A DNA stretch of 56,946 bases from Burkholderiaceae bacterium (lineage in GTDB: Bacteria > Pseudomonadota > Gammaproteobacteria > Burkholderiales > Burkholderiaceae_C). The translations under genes and the position numbers were made by a program. The notes beneath the pieces are model-generated. The model did not search any database. It saw only the letters and a list, made by a program, of their open reading frames with translations, and was not told the origin of the DNA. Shown piece by piece: positions 22,496 through 31,892 of the stretch; the first letter of the stretch is position 1; each line of letters begins with the position of its first letter. The DNA is taken from NCBI GenBank assembly GCA_024709845.1, contig JANJVX010000146.1, forward strand, positions 1 to 56,946, written 5' to 3'.

Positions 22496-22597
22496 GTTGC
22501 GGAAATCCTTAAAAAATCAGAGCGGATGCATGCAGATGAGAATTCAACCAGATGACCCGGCGTTGAAAACGGGCGCGACACAGGGGGGCGCTTCATT

Positions 22598-23377
22598 TCA
22601 CGCCACTGCGTGACAGCCGCCATCGACATAGATGGTCTGGCCGGTCATGCCGGAGGATGCATCGCAGCACAGGAAGGCGCTGAGCTGGGCGATTTCCTCC
22701 AGCGAGACCAGGCGCTTGAGCGGTGCCTTGAGCACGGCGTTGGCCATCAGCTCGTCAAAGCTGGCAATGCCCGAGGCCGCCCGTGTCAGGATGGGGCCGG
22801 GCGACACGGCATGCACACGGATGCCCTGCGGCCCGAGTTCGAGCGCCATGTAGCGCACCAGCGATTCGAGCGCGGCCTTCACCGGGCCCATCAGGCCGTA
22901 GTGCGGCACGGCCTCTTCGGCGCCGAGGTAGGTCATGCTCAGCAGGCTCCCCCCCTGGGCCATGTGCGGCACGCACAGCCGGGCCAGTTCGGCGAACGAG
23001 TGGCACGACACCTCCATGGCCCGCGAAAAGCCTTTGCGCGAGCTGTCGGTCACCCGGCCGTGCAGGTCCTCCAGCGGCGCCCAGGCGATGGAGTGGATCA
23101 CGAAATCGAGCCGTCCCAGGCGCTGCGCGGCGTGTGCCACCAGGGCTGCGAGCTCGCCGTCCTGCTCGACGTTGCAGTTCACCAGCTCCACCTCCAGCGG
23201 ATCGGTCAGCGGTTCGACGTAGCGGCGGGCCTTTTCGTTGAGGCAGGACACCACCAGCTCGGCGCCCATCTGGCGGGTCAGCTGGGTGCAGCCCCAGGCG
23301 ATGCTGCTCTCATTGGCCAGGCCCAGGATCAGGCCCTTCTTGCCCGCCAGGCTGAAGGGATTGTTCTTTTTCGTCAT
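22598..23377 (-). CDS. fabI: Enoyl-ACP reductase FabI-like
   Basis: GLANESSIAWG, HSIAWAP, YGLMGPVKAALE, SPGPILTRAASGI. Confidence 0.88.
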   Translation of the reverse strand: MTKKNNPFSLAGKKGLILGLANESSIAWGCTQLTRQMGAELVVSCLNEKARRYVEPLTDPLEVELVNCNVEQDGELAALVAHAAQRLGRLDFVIHSIAWAPLEDLHGRVTDSSRKGFSRAMEVSCHSFAELARLCVPHMAQGGSLLSMTYLGAEEAVPHYGLMGPVKAALESLVRYMALELGPQGIRVHAVSPGPILTRAASGIASFDELMANAVLKAPLKRLVSLEEIAQLSAFLCCDASSGMTGQTIYVDGGCHAVA

Positions 23378-23462
23378 GTGTTGCGGATTTCAGGAAACAG
23401 GGTCAAGCGCGGCGCCGTGGTGTGACCGATGCACGCACCACGCACGCCAACGCCGGGGGGAG

Positions 23463-23900
23463 TCAGTCTGGGTCGAAAAGCCGCCGAAGGTTGGCGCCGT
23501 CCGCACCCGGCCTGAAGCCTTCGCGCACGAGTTGCTCCTGCGCCGACACCAGGATGTGGCGCGCCGCATCGAAGCCCACGCGGCCCACGTAGCTGCGGGC
23601 CACGCCGTAGCGCAGCACCAGCAGGCCGCGCAGCTCCTCGCGCATATGGGATTTGCGGCGGTCCGTGCTCATGCCGGTGCGGGGCGCAGCGCGGCGGTCG
23701 GGCGTGACCCGCCGGTCCGGCACGGGCACGCGCACGGCGTCGATATGCAGCACCTGCTCCAGCTCGGCGTCGTTGTCCAGGTTCACCCCCAGGGCCACGG
23801 CCAGGCGCGCGATGCGCGCGCTCAACGCGTGCGCCGAGTCGCCCATGCGGCGCAGATGGTCCGCGACCGGATCGTCCCCCGCGTGGCCATCAATCGGCAT
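23463..23900 (-). CDS. Hypothetical protein with DRR repeats
   Basis: Overlaps the phaC 3' end, co-oriented in the operon; PDRRVTPDRRAAPR..TDRRK. Confidence 0.65.
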   Translation of the reverse strand: MPIDGHAGDDPVADHLRRMGDSAHALSARIARLAVALGVNLDNDAELEQVLHIDAVRVPVPDRRVTPDRRAAPRTGMSTDRRKSHMREELRGLLVLRYGVARSYVGRVGFDAARHILVSAQEQLVREGFRPGADGANLRRLFDPD

Positions 23901-25710
23901 AGCGCACCATGACGTATTCACCGGGCGCGTCGCACAGCACTTGGGCCGGGTCCATGGGCGGCGGCGCCACCGGCTTGCCCGAGCGCGCCTTGAGCCAGTC
24001 GTCCATGGCCTCCCACCAGGAACCCTCGCGCACGGGGGCGTTGGCCTCCCACTCGTCAGGGCCGGTCCAGCCGTGGCCGTCTTCGGTGGCCGCGATCTGG
24101 TAGCTGCGCCGGGGGCGGCCCGGCTCGGAAACGATACCGGCGTTGTGCCCGCCCGCGGCCAGGATGAAGGTCACGTGCGTGTCGGTCTGCAGATGGATCT
24201 TGTAGACCGAGCGCCAGGGCGAGACATGGTCGCGCGTGGTGCCCACCACCAGCATGGGCGCATGAATGTCCATGAGCGCCACGCCCACGCCGTCCACACG
24301 GTAGTGGCCCGTGGCCAGCGCATTGTTGAGGAACAGCGACGACAGGTACTCGGAATGCATGCGCGCGGGCAGGCGTGTGACGTCGGCGTTCCAGCTCATG
24401 AGGTCGAAGTCCACCTCGTCCTGGCCCAGCAGGTAGCGGCGTGTGCTGCGCGACCAGACCAGATCGCGCGCATTGAGGAACTGGAACGAACCGGCCATGG
24501 CCTTGCCCGAAAAATAGCCTTTGCGCTCCATGTCCTGGCGCAGCGCCTGGATCTGGTCGTCGTCGATGAAAACGCCCATCTCGCCCGGCTCGCTGAAATC
24601 GGTCTGCGCCGCCAGCAGCGTGACGCTGGCCAGTTCGGGCAGCCGGTCCAGACCGCTGGCGTCCTCGCGCCGGCGATGCGGCGCTTTTCTGTGCTTTGCA
24701 CGGCTGCGGTGCCCCAGGGCGGCGGCCACCATGGCCAGGAAGGTGCCGCCCAGACAGTAGCCCAGCGCATGGATGCGTGGCGCCTTCGTGCGCTCCTGGA
24801 TGGCGGCCATGGCCTCCATCACACCCAGGCGCAGGTAATCCTGCATGCCCAGGTCGCGGTCGGAGGCATCGGGGTTGCGCCACGAGACGATGAACACCGT
24901 GTAGCCCTGGCCCACGAGGTAGCGCACCATGGAGTTGGCGGGCGAGAGGTCCAGGATGTAGTACTTCATGATGCACGAGGGCACGATGAGCAGCGGCTCC
25001 GGATAGACCTTGGCCGTCGTGGGCGCGTACTGGATCAGCTCGATCAGATGGTTGCGGAACACCACCTTGCCGGGCGTGACGGCCACATCCTTGCCCACCT
25101 CGAAGGTGAGCGGTTCCAGTGTCTGCGCCCCGTCCCCCGGCTCGGCACCATGGTGCTTCTTCAGGTCTTCGGTGAACTTCTGGTAGCCATTGAGCAGGCT
25201 TTGCCCGCCGGTCTCGCGTGCACGCTGCTGCGCCTCGGCATTCGTGAACGGCCAGTTGGAGGGCGACAGCGCATCGAGCGTCTGCCGGGTGAAAAACTCC
25301 ACCACATGCTGGTGGTGCCGCGTCATGCCATCCACCTGGGCGGCCTCGCGCCACCAGGCATCGCTGGCCTTGAATCCCTCCTTCAGGGCATTGAAGGGCC
25401 AGAGCTGCCAGCTTTCATCGCGAAAGCGCGCATCCTTTTCGGGCAGGGCAGCCCCCTGCTCATCGGCGGGCGGACGCACCGACGCCAGCCACGCCTGCTG
25501 CGCCAGCGCCAGCGCGCGCTGCCCCAGCACCATCTGGCGCCCCGGCGACAAGGCCAAGTGCATGGCCCAGTCGGCTGCGGCCAGCGCCATGGATACCGGC
25601 GAAAGCCCCATGCTGGCCCGCGCCATCTGGGCCTGAACGCTTTCATCCAGGGCCTTGGCGGTCTGGCGCTGCCGCTCATACAGTGACGCCGGGGAAGCTT
25701 GCTTGTCCAT
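23890..25710 (-). CDS. phaC: Polyhydroxyalkanoate synthase (class I-like)
   Basis: TPGKVVFRN..ELIQY, IMKYYILDL, SWRNP, lipase box GYCLGG, DHVSPW, GGHNAGI, GSWW. Confidence 0.93.
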   Translation of the reverse strand: MDKQASPASLYERQRQTAKALDESVQAQMARASMGLSPVSMALAAADWAMHLALSPGRQMVLGQRALALAQQAWLASVRPPADEQGAALPEKDARFRDESWQLWPFNALKEGFKASDAWWREAAQVDGMTRHHQHVVEFFTRQTLDALSPSNWPFTNAEAQQRARETGGQSLLNGYQKFTEDLKKHHGAEPGDGAQTLEPLTFEVGKDVAVTPGKVVFRNHLIELIQYAPTTAKVYPEPLLIVPSCIMKYYILDLSPANSMVRYLVGQGYTVFIVSWRNPDASDRDLGMQDYLRLGVMEAMAAIQERTKAPRIHALGYCLGGTFLAMVAAALGHRSRAKHRKAPHRRREDASGLDRLPELASVTLLAAQTDFSEPGEMGVFIDDDQIQALRQDMERKGYFSGKAMAGSFQFLNARDLVWSRSTRRYLLGQDEVDFDLMSWNADVTRLPARMHSEYLSSLFLNNALATGHYRVDGVGVALMDIHAPMLVVGTTRDHVSPWRSVYKIHLQTDTHVTFILAAGGHNAGIVSEPGRPRRSYQIAATEDGHGWTGPDEWEANAPVREGSWWEAMDDWLKARSGKPVAPPPMDPAQVLCDAPGEYVMVRYAD

Positions 25711-25802
25711 GCGTGCCCTTTCGCACTTTTTGTTACCGGCTCCTAGTATGCCCGGATTGACAAAGAATTCCCCTATGAAGAATAAGGGAACATCGCCAGC
25801 AT

Positions 25803-25816
25803 TTGATATCCGTCAA
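25803..25816. promoter_or_regulatory. FNR/FixK-type box upstream of phaC
   Basis: TTGAT-ATCC-GTCAA versus consensus TTGAT-N4-ATCAA (1 mismatch); minus-strand TATTCT at 25784-25779. Confidence 0.65.
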
Positions 25817-25840
25817 TGCCGCCTTGCCCCTGGTTTGACT

Positions 25841-25903
25841 GCTATATTATTTGTAGCTTTTTGCGCAAGCGCACAGGGCTTTTACCGCCGATTTCATCCA
25901 CAA
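25841..25903 (+). repeat. Repeat family A copy 5 (degenerate)
   Basis: gctatattatttgtagct + 27 nt + cgccgatttcatccacaa. Confidence 0.6.
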
Positions 25904-25910
25904 TCCCTGC

Positions 25911-26885
25911 ATGGCCGAAACATCCTCCTCGCCCCGCCCCCTGGCCCCGCCCCTGTTCGAGGTTCGTCACCTGAGCAAGCGTTATGGCGAGACCACCGTG
26001 GTCAACGACGTCTCGTTCTCCATGGCCCCCGGTGAATGCCTGGGCGTCATCGGACCCAATGGCGCGGGCAAGACCACCACCATCCGCATGTGCCTGGGCC
26101 TGACGGCGCCCGACGGCGGCAGCATCCATTACCAGCCTGCGGGCGGCGGCCCGCTGCTGCAAATGCCGCGCGACGCCCTGGCCATCAAGGCCGAGATCGG
26201 TGTGGTGACGCAGTTCGACTCGCTCGACCCCGACTTCACCTGCCTGGAGAACCTGCGCGTGTTCGGCCGTTACTTCGGCCTGGGGCCCCAGGTGATGGAC
26301 GAACGGGCACCCCAGTTGCTGGAGTTTGCCGCGCTCACGCACAAGGCCCATGCCAAGCCGGGCGAGCTGTCGGGCGGCATGAAGCGGCGCCTGTCACTGG
26401 CGCGGGCGCTGGTCAACGCACCGCGCCTGCTGCTGCTCGACGAACCCACCACCGGGCTGGACCCGCAGGCACGCCACCTCATGTGGGAGCGGCTGCAGCG
26501 CCTGGTGCAGCAGGGCACCTCCATCTTGCTGACCACGCACTTCATGGACGAGGCCGAGCGCCTGTGCTCGCGCCTGCTGGTGCTCGACCACGGCCGCAAG
26601 ATCGCCGAAGGCGCGCCGCGCGCCCTGATCGCCGAGCACCTGGAGCCCGAGGTGGTGGAGGTGTACGGCGCGGGCGCCCTGGCGCTGGCGCACGACGCCG
26701 CCCTGCAGTCCCTGGCGGCACGCACCGAGGTCAGCGGCGAGACGGTGTTCTTCTACACCCGCGCAGCGCGCCCCCTGCTCGACGCACTGCTGCAGCACCC
26801 GCACCTGCGCACGCTGCACCGGCCGGCGAACCTGGAGGATTTGTTCCTCAAACTCACCGGACGGCAAATCCGGGAGGATGGTTGA
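25911..26885 (+). CDS. ABC exporter ATP-binding protein (NodI-like)
   Basis: GPNGAGKT, LSGGMKRR, LDEPTTGLDPQARH, TTHFMDEAERLC, ANLEDLFLKLTGR. Confidence 0.92.
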   Translation: MAETSSSPRPLAPPLFEVRHLSKRYGETTVVNDVSFSMAPGECLGVIGPNGAGKTTTIRMCLGLTAPDGGSIHYQPAGGGPLLQMPRDALAIKAEIGVVTQFDSLDPDFTCLENLRVFGRYFGLGPQVMDERAPQLLEFAALTHKAHAKPGELSGGMKRRLSLARALVNAPRLLLLDEPTTGLDPQARHLMWERLQRLVQQGTSILLTTHFMDEAERLCSRLLVLDHGRKIAEGAPRALIAEHLEPEVVEVYGAGALALAHDAALQSLAARTEVSGETVFFYTRAARPLLDALLQHPHLRTLHRPANLEDLFLKLTGRQIREDG

Positions 26886-26898
26886 CCGCGCCTGAAAC

Positions 26899-26961
26899 GC
26901 TCCTGAAACAGGAGCTATCAGCGCTTACCAAATAAGCGCTAGAGGCCAATTTAACCCTCAA
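26899..26961 (+). repeat. Repeat family A copy 6; contains the purT stop codon
   Basis: gctcctgaaacaggagct-atcagcgcttaccaaataagcgctaga-ggccaatttaaccctcaa. Confidence 0.9.
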
Positions 26962-28175
26962 ACCTGGCGTGGCCGGACCGTGCCGGCCGCGAGCTTGGGG
27001 TGGGTGCGCGCGGTGTCCACATCGCCCGCGCGCGCCAGCGCGACGCCCATGCGCCGCTTGGCAAAGCTCTCGGGCTTGCCGAACAGGCGCAGGTCGGTGC
27101 CGGGCACGCGCAGCGCCTCATCGACACCATCGAACACGATGCCCGCCGCCTCCACGCCGCCGTAGATGACGGCGCTGGCGCCGGGATTGCGCAGGCTGGT
27201 GTCCACCGGCAGGCCGAGGATGGCGCGCGCGTGCAGCTCGAACTCGCTCTGGTGCTGGGTGCACAGCGTGACCAGACCGGTGTCGTGCGGGCGCGGGCTG
27301 ACCTCGCTGAACCAGACCTGCTCGCCCTGGACAAACAGTTCCACGCCGAACAGCCCCTGGCCGCCCAGGTTGCCGGTCACGGCACGGGCGATCTGGCGGG
27401 CCTTCTCCAGCGCCGCCGGGTGCATGGGGTGCGGCTGCCAGCTTTCCACATAGTCGCCACTCACCTGCACATGGCCGATGGGGTCGCAGAAATGCGTTTC
27501 GATCTGGCCGCCTTCGCCCACAGCGCGCACCGTCAACAGCGTGATCTCGTAGTCGAAGTCGATGAAGCCCTCGACGATCACACGCCCATGGCTCACGCGA
27601 CCGCCGGCCATGGCGTAGTCCCAGGCTTTCTGCACGTCACCAGGGCCGTCGATCTTGCTCTGGCCCTTGCCCGAGCTGCTCATCACGGGCTTGACGATGC
27701 AGGGGTAGCCCACGCCTTTTTCACCGTTCACGCCATCGATCGCGGCCTGCAGCTCGGCCAGCGAGTCGCAGAAGCGGTAGGGGCTGGTGGGCAGGCCCAG
27801 CGTCTCGGCGGCGAGGCGGCGGATGCCCTCGCGGTCCATGGTCAGGCGCGCAGCGCGGGCCGTGGGGATCACGCGCACCACACCCGCGGCCTCCAGTTGC
27901 TCCAGCATGGGCGTGGCGATGGCCTCGATCTCGGGCACCACCAGGTGCGGGCGCTCGGTCTCGATCAGGGCCTTGAGCTGCGCCGGGTCGCTCATGGCGA
28001 TGGTGCGCGCGTGGTGCGCCACCTGCTGGCCGGGGGCGTGGTCATAGCGGTCCACGGCGATGGTCTCCACGCCCAGGCGCTGCAGGGCGATCAGCACCTC
28101 CTTGCCCAGCTCGCCCGCGCCGAGCAGCATGACCTTGGTGGAATGGGGAGTGAGCGGGGTGCCGAGGGTTGTCAT
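26958..28175 (-). CDS. purT: Formate-dependent phosphoribosylglycinamide formyltransferase
   Basis: [61 protein letters not shown]. Confidence 0.97.
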   Translation of the reverse strand: MTTLGTPLTPHSTKVMLLGAGELGKEVLIALQRLGVETIAVDRYDHAPGQQVAHHARTIAMSDPAQLKALIETERPHLVVPEIEAIATPMLEQLEAAGVVRVIPTARAARLTMDREGIRRLAAETLGLPTSPYRFCDSLAELQAAIDGVNGEKGVGYPCIVKPVMSSSGKGQSKIDGPGDVQKAWDYAMAGGRVSHGRVIVEGFIDFDYEITLLTVRAVGEGGQIETHFCDPIGHVQVSGDYVESWQPHPMHPAALEKARQIARAVTGNLGGQGLFGVELFVQGEQVWFSEVSPRPHDTGLVTLCTQHQSEFELHARAILGLPVDTSLRNPGASAVIYGGVEAAGIVFDGVDEALRVPGTDLRLFGKPESFAKRRMGVALARAGDVDTARTHPKLAAGTVRPRQV

Positions 28176-28284
28176 GGGGCCGTGGGAGGGAGAAGGATAC
28201 TGGCGCCTACTGTAATCGAGCCCCCACGCCGGCGCGCCGCGCGGGCCGAGGACAGACCGGCAGCAATTGCGCACAATACGCGCC

Positions 28285-29109
28285 ATGTCTTCCATCCCCC
28301 TGACCGGCGCCCCTCCCGCCTCGCACTGGCGCCCGCCCGGCCTCTCGCTGCGCTGGTGGCCGGTGTTCCTGCGCAACCTGCTGGTGTGGCGCAAGCTCGC
28401 CATCCCGAGCCTGGTGGGCAACATCGCAGAGCCGTTGATGTGGCTGGTGGCCTTTGGCTACGGCATGGGCGCGCTCGTGGGGCAGATGCAGGTGAACGGG
28501 CAGGCCGTGCCCTACATCCTGTTCCTGGCCAGCGGTTCGATCTGCATGAGCGCCATGAACGCCGCCAGCTTCGAGGCGCTGTACTCGGCGTTCTCGCGCA
28601 TGCATGTGCAGAAAACCTGGGAGGGCATCATGAACACCCCCGTGGGGCTGGACGACGTGGTGCTGGCCGAGATGCTCTGGGCCGCCTTCAAGGCGCTGTT
28701 CACGGTCACGGCCATCATGGGCGTGATGCTGGCGCTGGGCATCAGCCACAGCCCCAAGCTGCTCGTGGCCTGGCCGGTGCTGCTGTGCGTGGGCATCATG
28801 TTCTCCAGCATCGCGCTCATCTTCAACGCGCTGGCCAAGGGCTACGACTTCTTCACCTACTACTTCACGCTGGTGCTCACACCCATGATGTTCCTCTCGG
28901 GCGTGTTCTTCCCGCGCGAGCAGCTGCCCGCCGTGGTGCGGCACATTTCCGACTGGCTGCCGCTGACCAATGCCGTCGAGCTGGTGCGCCCGCTGTTCAT
29001 GGACCAGTGGCCCGCACACCCGCTGCGCCATGGCCTGGTGATGGTGCTTACCACCGCGCTCGCCTACTGGGTCGCACTGGCCCTGACGCGCCGCCGCTTC
29101 GCCGCCTGA
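28285..29109 (+). CDS. ABC-2 permease (NodJ-like)
   Basis: [44 protein letters not shown]. Confidence 0.9.
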   Translation: MSSIPLTGAPPASHWRPPGLSLRWWPVFLRNLLVWRKLAIPSLVGNIAEPLMWLVAFGYGMGALVGQMQVNGQAVPYILFLASGSICMSAMNAASFEALYSAFSRMHVQKTWEGIMNTPVGLDDVVLAEMLWAAFKALFTVTAIMGVMLALGISHSPKLLVAWPVLLCVGIMFSSIALIFNALAKGYDFFTYYFTLVLTPMMFLSGVFFPREQLPAVVRHISDWLPLTNAVELVRPLFMDQWPAHPLRHGLVMVLTTALAYWVALALTRRRFAA

Positions 29110-29114
29110 GCACC

Positions 29115-29615
29115 ATGACTGCGCCCGCCCTGCTGAGCCCGGAACACATCGCCATGGTGGACCGGGGCGTCTCGGTGATCGTGGCCTCGCGCAACGACGC
29201 GCTGCGCCCCAGCCTCATGCGCGGCGTGGGCAGCGCCATCAGCGCCTGCGGTACGCAGGTCACCGTGTACCTGCGGCGCAGCCAGTCGCGCCAGCTGCTG
29301 CAGGACATCGAGGCCGGGGGCGGGGTCGCGGTGGTGTTCAGCGAGCCGCCCACGCACCGCACGCTGCAGCTCAAGGCCCGCGCGGCCACGCTGCGCCCTG
29401 CTGCACCGGCCGACCAGCCGCAACTGGACCGCTACCTGGCCTCGATGCAGTGCGAACTGGCACCGGTGGGCTACGGGCCGCAGTTCGCGGCCGCCATGCT
29501 CGCGGCACCGCTGGAGGACGTGGTGGCGGTGCAGTTCACGCCTGAAAGCGCCTACGACCAGACGCCGGGCCCCCGCGCCGGCGCCCCGCTGGACGCCCCG
29601 AAGGCCAGACCATGA
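29115..29615 (+). CDS. Small split-barrel (pyridoxamine-phosphate-oxidase-like) protein
   Basis: VIVASRNDALRPSLMR...VAVVFSEP..TLQLK...YDQTPGP pattern; ATGA coupling to the next gene. Confidence 0.65.
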   Translation: MTAPALLSPEHIAMVDRGVSVIVASRNDALRPSLMRGVGSAISACGTQVTVYLRRSQSRQLLQDIEAGGGVAVVFSEPPTHRTLQLKARAATLRPAAPADQPQLDRYLASMQCELAPVGYGPQFAAAMLAAPLEDVVAVQFTPESAYDQTPGPRAGAPLDAPKARP

Positions 29616-30967
29616 CCGCCCCTTCGCTGCACTCCATCCGCCCTTGCCTGGAGGGCGCCATTCCAGCCATCATGGCCACCTGCGCCAGCGACGGCACACC
29701 CAACGTGGCCTACATCTCGCAGGTGGTCTATGTGGACGAGGGCCATGTGGCCCTGTCCTTTCAGTTCTTCAACAAGACACGCGCCAACATCCTGGACAAC
29801 CCGCACGCCTCGGTGCTGCTGCTCGACCCGGTGACGGCGCGTTTTTATCGCCTGCACCTGCGCTACCTGCGCACCGAGACCGGCGGCGCGCTCTTCGAGA
29901 GCATGAAGGCGCGGCTGGCGGGCATCGCCTCGCACACCGGCATGGCCGAGGTGTTCCGCCTCAAGGGCTCGGACGTGTATGCGGTGGAGCACATTGACGC
30001 CATCGACGGCGAGGGCCTGCCGCCCGCGCCCTGCCGTACCGGCCTGCTGCACCGCCTGCGCCAGTGCAGCCAGCGCATGGCCGCCTGTACCGGGCTGGAC
30101 GACCTGCTGCAGACCGCCCTGGCCTGCCTGCGCGATGCGCTGGGCATCGGGCATGCCATGGTGCTGCTGCTCGACACGCCGGCCCAGCGTCTCTACACCG
30201 TCGCCAGTTGTGGCTACGCCACGTCGGGCGTGGGCTCGGAGATTGCACTGGGGCACGGCGTGATCGGCGTGGCCGCGCGCGAGAACACACCGGTGCGCAT
30301 CAGCCACATGACGCACGCCGCCCTCTACAGCCACGCCATGCGCAGCAGCCTGCAGGCCGGCAGCGCGGACGGCCCGGCGCTGGTGCCCGGCACCGAGATT
30401 CCCTACCCCGGCCTGCCCGAACCCCACAGCCAGCTCGCCGTGCCCATGGTGGCCGCGGGCCGCGTGCTGGGCGTGCTGTTCGTCGAAAGCCCGCGCGACA
30501 TGGCCTTCGACTTCGAAGACGAGGACCTGCTGGTGGCGCTGGCCGGGCATCTGGGGGCCGCCATCGACCTGCTGCAGGCCGCGCCGGAGACGGGCGAGGC
30601 CACCGCTCCGGCTACGGCGCAGGCGCCTGTGCTCGGCGGCACCCCTGTGCGCGTGCGCCACTACCCGGCCAATGACAGCGTGTTCATCAACGACGACTAC
30701 CTGATCAAGGGCGTGGCCGGGGCCATTTTCTGGAAGCTGCTGCGCGACTACACGCAGGCCGGGCGCACCGAGTTCAGCAACCGCGAGCTGCGGCTCGACC
30801 CCTCCATCCGCCTGCCCGACGTGGCCGACAACCTGGAAGCGCGCCTGCTGCTGCTGCAGCGCCGCCTGCAGGAGAACAACCCGCCCATGCGCCTCGAAAA
30901 AACCGGGCGCGGGCGCTTCCGCCTGTGCGTGGCCTGCCCGGTGCTGTTGGAAGAGCAGCCGGGCTGA
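29612..30967 (+). CDS. Split-barrel + GAF + C-terminal winged-helix putative transcriptional regulator
   Basis: ATCASDGTPNV..FFNKTRANI (PNPOx-like); GHGVIGVAA..LAVPM..VLGVLFVE..FDFEDE (GAF); FSNREL..NLEARLLLLQRRL..LEKTGRGRFRL (OmpR-like wHTH). Confidence 0.78.
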   Translation: MTAPSLHSIRPCLEGAIPAIMATCASDGTPNVAYISQVVYVDEGHVALSFQFFNKTRANILDNPHASVLLLDPVTARFYRLHLRYLRTETGGALFESMKARLAGIASHTGMAEVFRLKGSDVYAVEHIDAIDGEGLPPAPCRTGLLHRLRQCSQRMAACTGLDDLLQTALACLRDALGIGHAMVLLLDTPAQRLYTVASCGYATSGVGSEIALGHGVIGVAARENTPVRISHMTHAALYSHAMRSSLQAGSADGPALVPGTEIPYPGLPEPHSQLAVPMVAAGRVLGVLFVESPRDMAFDFEDEDLLVALAGHLGAAIDLLQAAPETGEATAPATAQAPVLGGTPVRVRHYPANDSVFINDDYLIKGVAGAIFWKLLRDYTQAGRTEFSNRELRLDPSIRLPDVADNLEARLLLLQRRLQENNPPMRLEKTGRGRFRLCVACPVLLEEQPG

Positions 30968-30971
30968 GCAC

Positions 30972-31703
30972 TCACTGGCCGGCTGCGGCGCCCATCCCCA
31001 GGCCCACCATGAGCTTGGCCCACTCGCGCGCGGTGAGGTGCGGGCGCACCACATCCAGCACCGCGCCGAACGCCTCGCCAGGCACCTGCTGGCGCATGCC
31101 GCCGAGCAGGGCCAGGCGCTCTGCGGGCGCCATGAAAGGCACCATCCAGCGCATCACCAGCATCATCTCGCCGGGCGGAATCGAAGACACCAGCGCGTCG
31201 TGCACGGCCATCAGCTCGCCGTCGGTGTAGTGCTGCCACAGCGCTGCGTTGTGCGCGGTCTCTTCGATGTGCATGTGCTCGAAGTTGTGCGCCACGAACA
31301 GCGCCAGCGCGTGGTACAGCGCCTGGGCGCGCGGTGCGCGGTCGGCGCGCGTGCAGGCCATCAGGTCGGCCACGGCGCGCACCAGGCGCAGGATGGAGCG
31401 CTCATGCTCCTCGTGCTCGTCTGCCACGGCGTGGCTGCCGCCCTGGGCACGGGCTTCGATGGCCGGGTGCACAAAGGTGTTCTCGTGCTCCAGGTGGGCC
31501 TGGCACACATCGAGCAGCTGGGCCACGCGCTGGCAGCTCTGGGCAAAGTCCAGGTCGTCCTCCACGTCCATGCGGCCCAGGCCGAGCAGGGTATCGGCCA
31601 TGAAGGCGCGCAGGGCCTTGTGGATACCGGCGTACAGGTCCACGCGCGGTGCGGCGGACTGGGTGGCGGCGACTTCGGCAATTTCTCGGGGTTCGATCTT
31701 CAT
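30972..31703 (-). CDS. Hemerythrin (HHE) domain protein
   Basis: IHKALR, HLEHENTFVHP, EHEEH, HMHIEE di-iron ligand pattern. Confidence 0.82.
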   Translation of the reverse strand: MKIEPREIAEVAATQSAAPRVDLYAGIHKALRAFMADTLLGLGRMDVEDDLDFAQSCQRVAQLLDVCQAHLEHENTFVHPAIEARAQGGSHAVADEHEEHERSILRLVRAVADLMACTRADRAPRAQALYHALALFVAHNFEHMHIEETAHNAALWQHYTDGELMAVHDALVSSIPPGEMMLVMRWMVPFMAPAERLALLGGMRQQVPGEAFGAVLDVVRPHLTAREWAKLMVGLGMGAAAGQ

Positions 31704-31793
31704 CACGTTCTTTCCTGGCCCGTGGGGCCTGCTTTCGGTGCAGCTTCCGCCGCGCCGGGCCGGGTGCACCATGCACCCGCAACCGTGGAATGA

Positions 31794-31859
31794 AGTCTAG
31801 AAATCGCCGCCTTCGCGCGCTGCTAAAAATCCCTTAACCGAACCCTATTCCATTCTTAA
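31794..31859 (-). promoter_or_regulatory. Putative activator-dependent promoter of the hemerythrin gene
   Basis: -10 TAGACT (31799-31794), poor -35, four pentamers at exact 11-bp spacing (31822, 31833, 31844, 31855). Confidence 0.55.
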
Positions 31860-31892
31860 AAACGCCATCGTCCGTCATTTGCGTGAAATCCA

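Noticed and set aside
25911-29109. Nodulation locus
   Set aside because: NodI/J-like exporters are common in non-nodulating betaproteobacteria; no nodABC in this window
27000-29615. 871-aa ORF
   Set aside because: Only the part from 29115 looks coding; the rest overlaps purT and the permease
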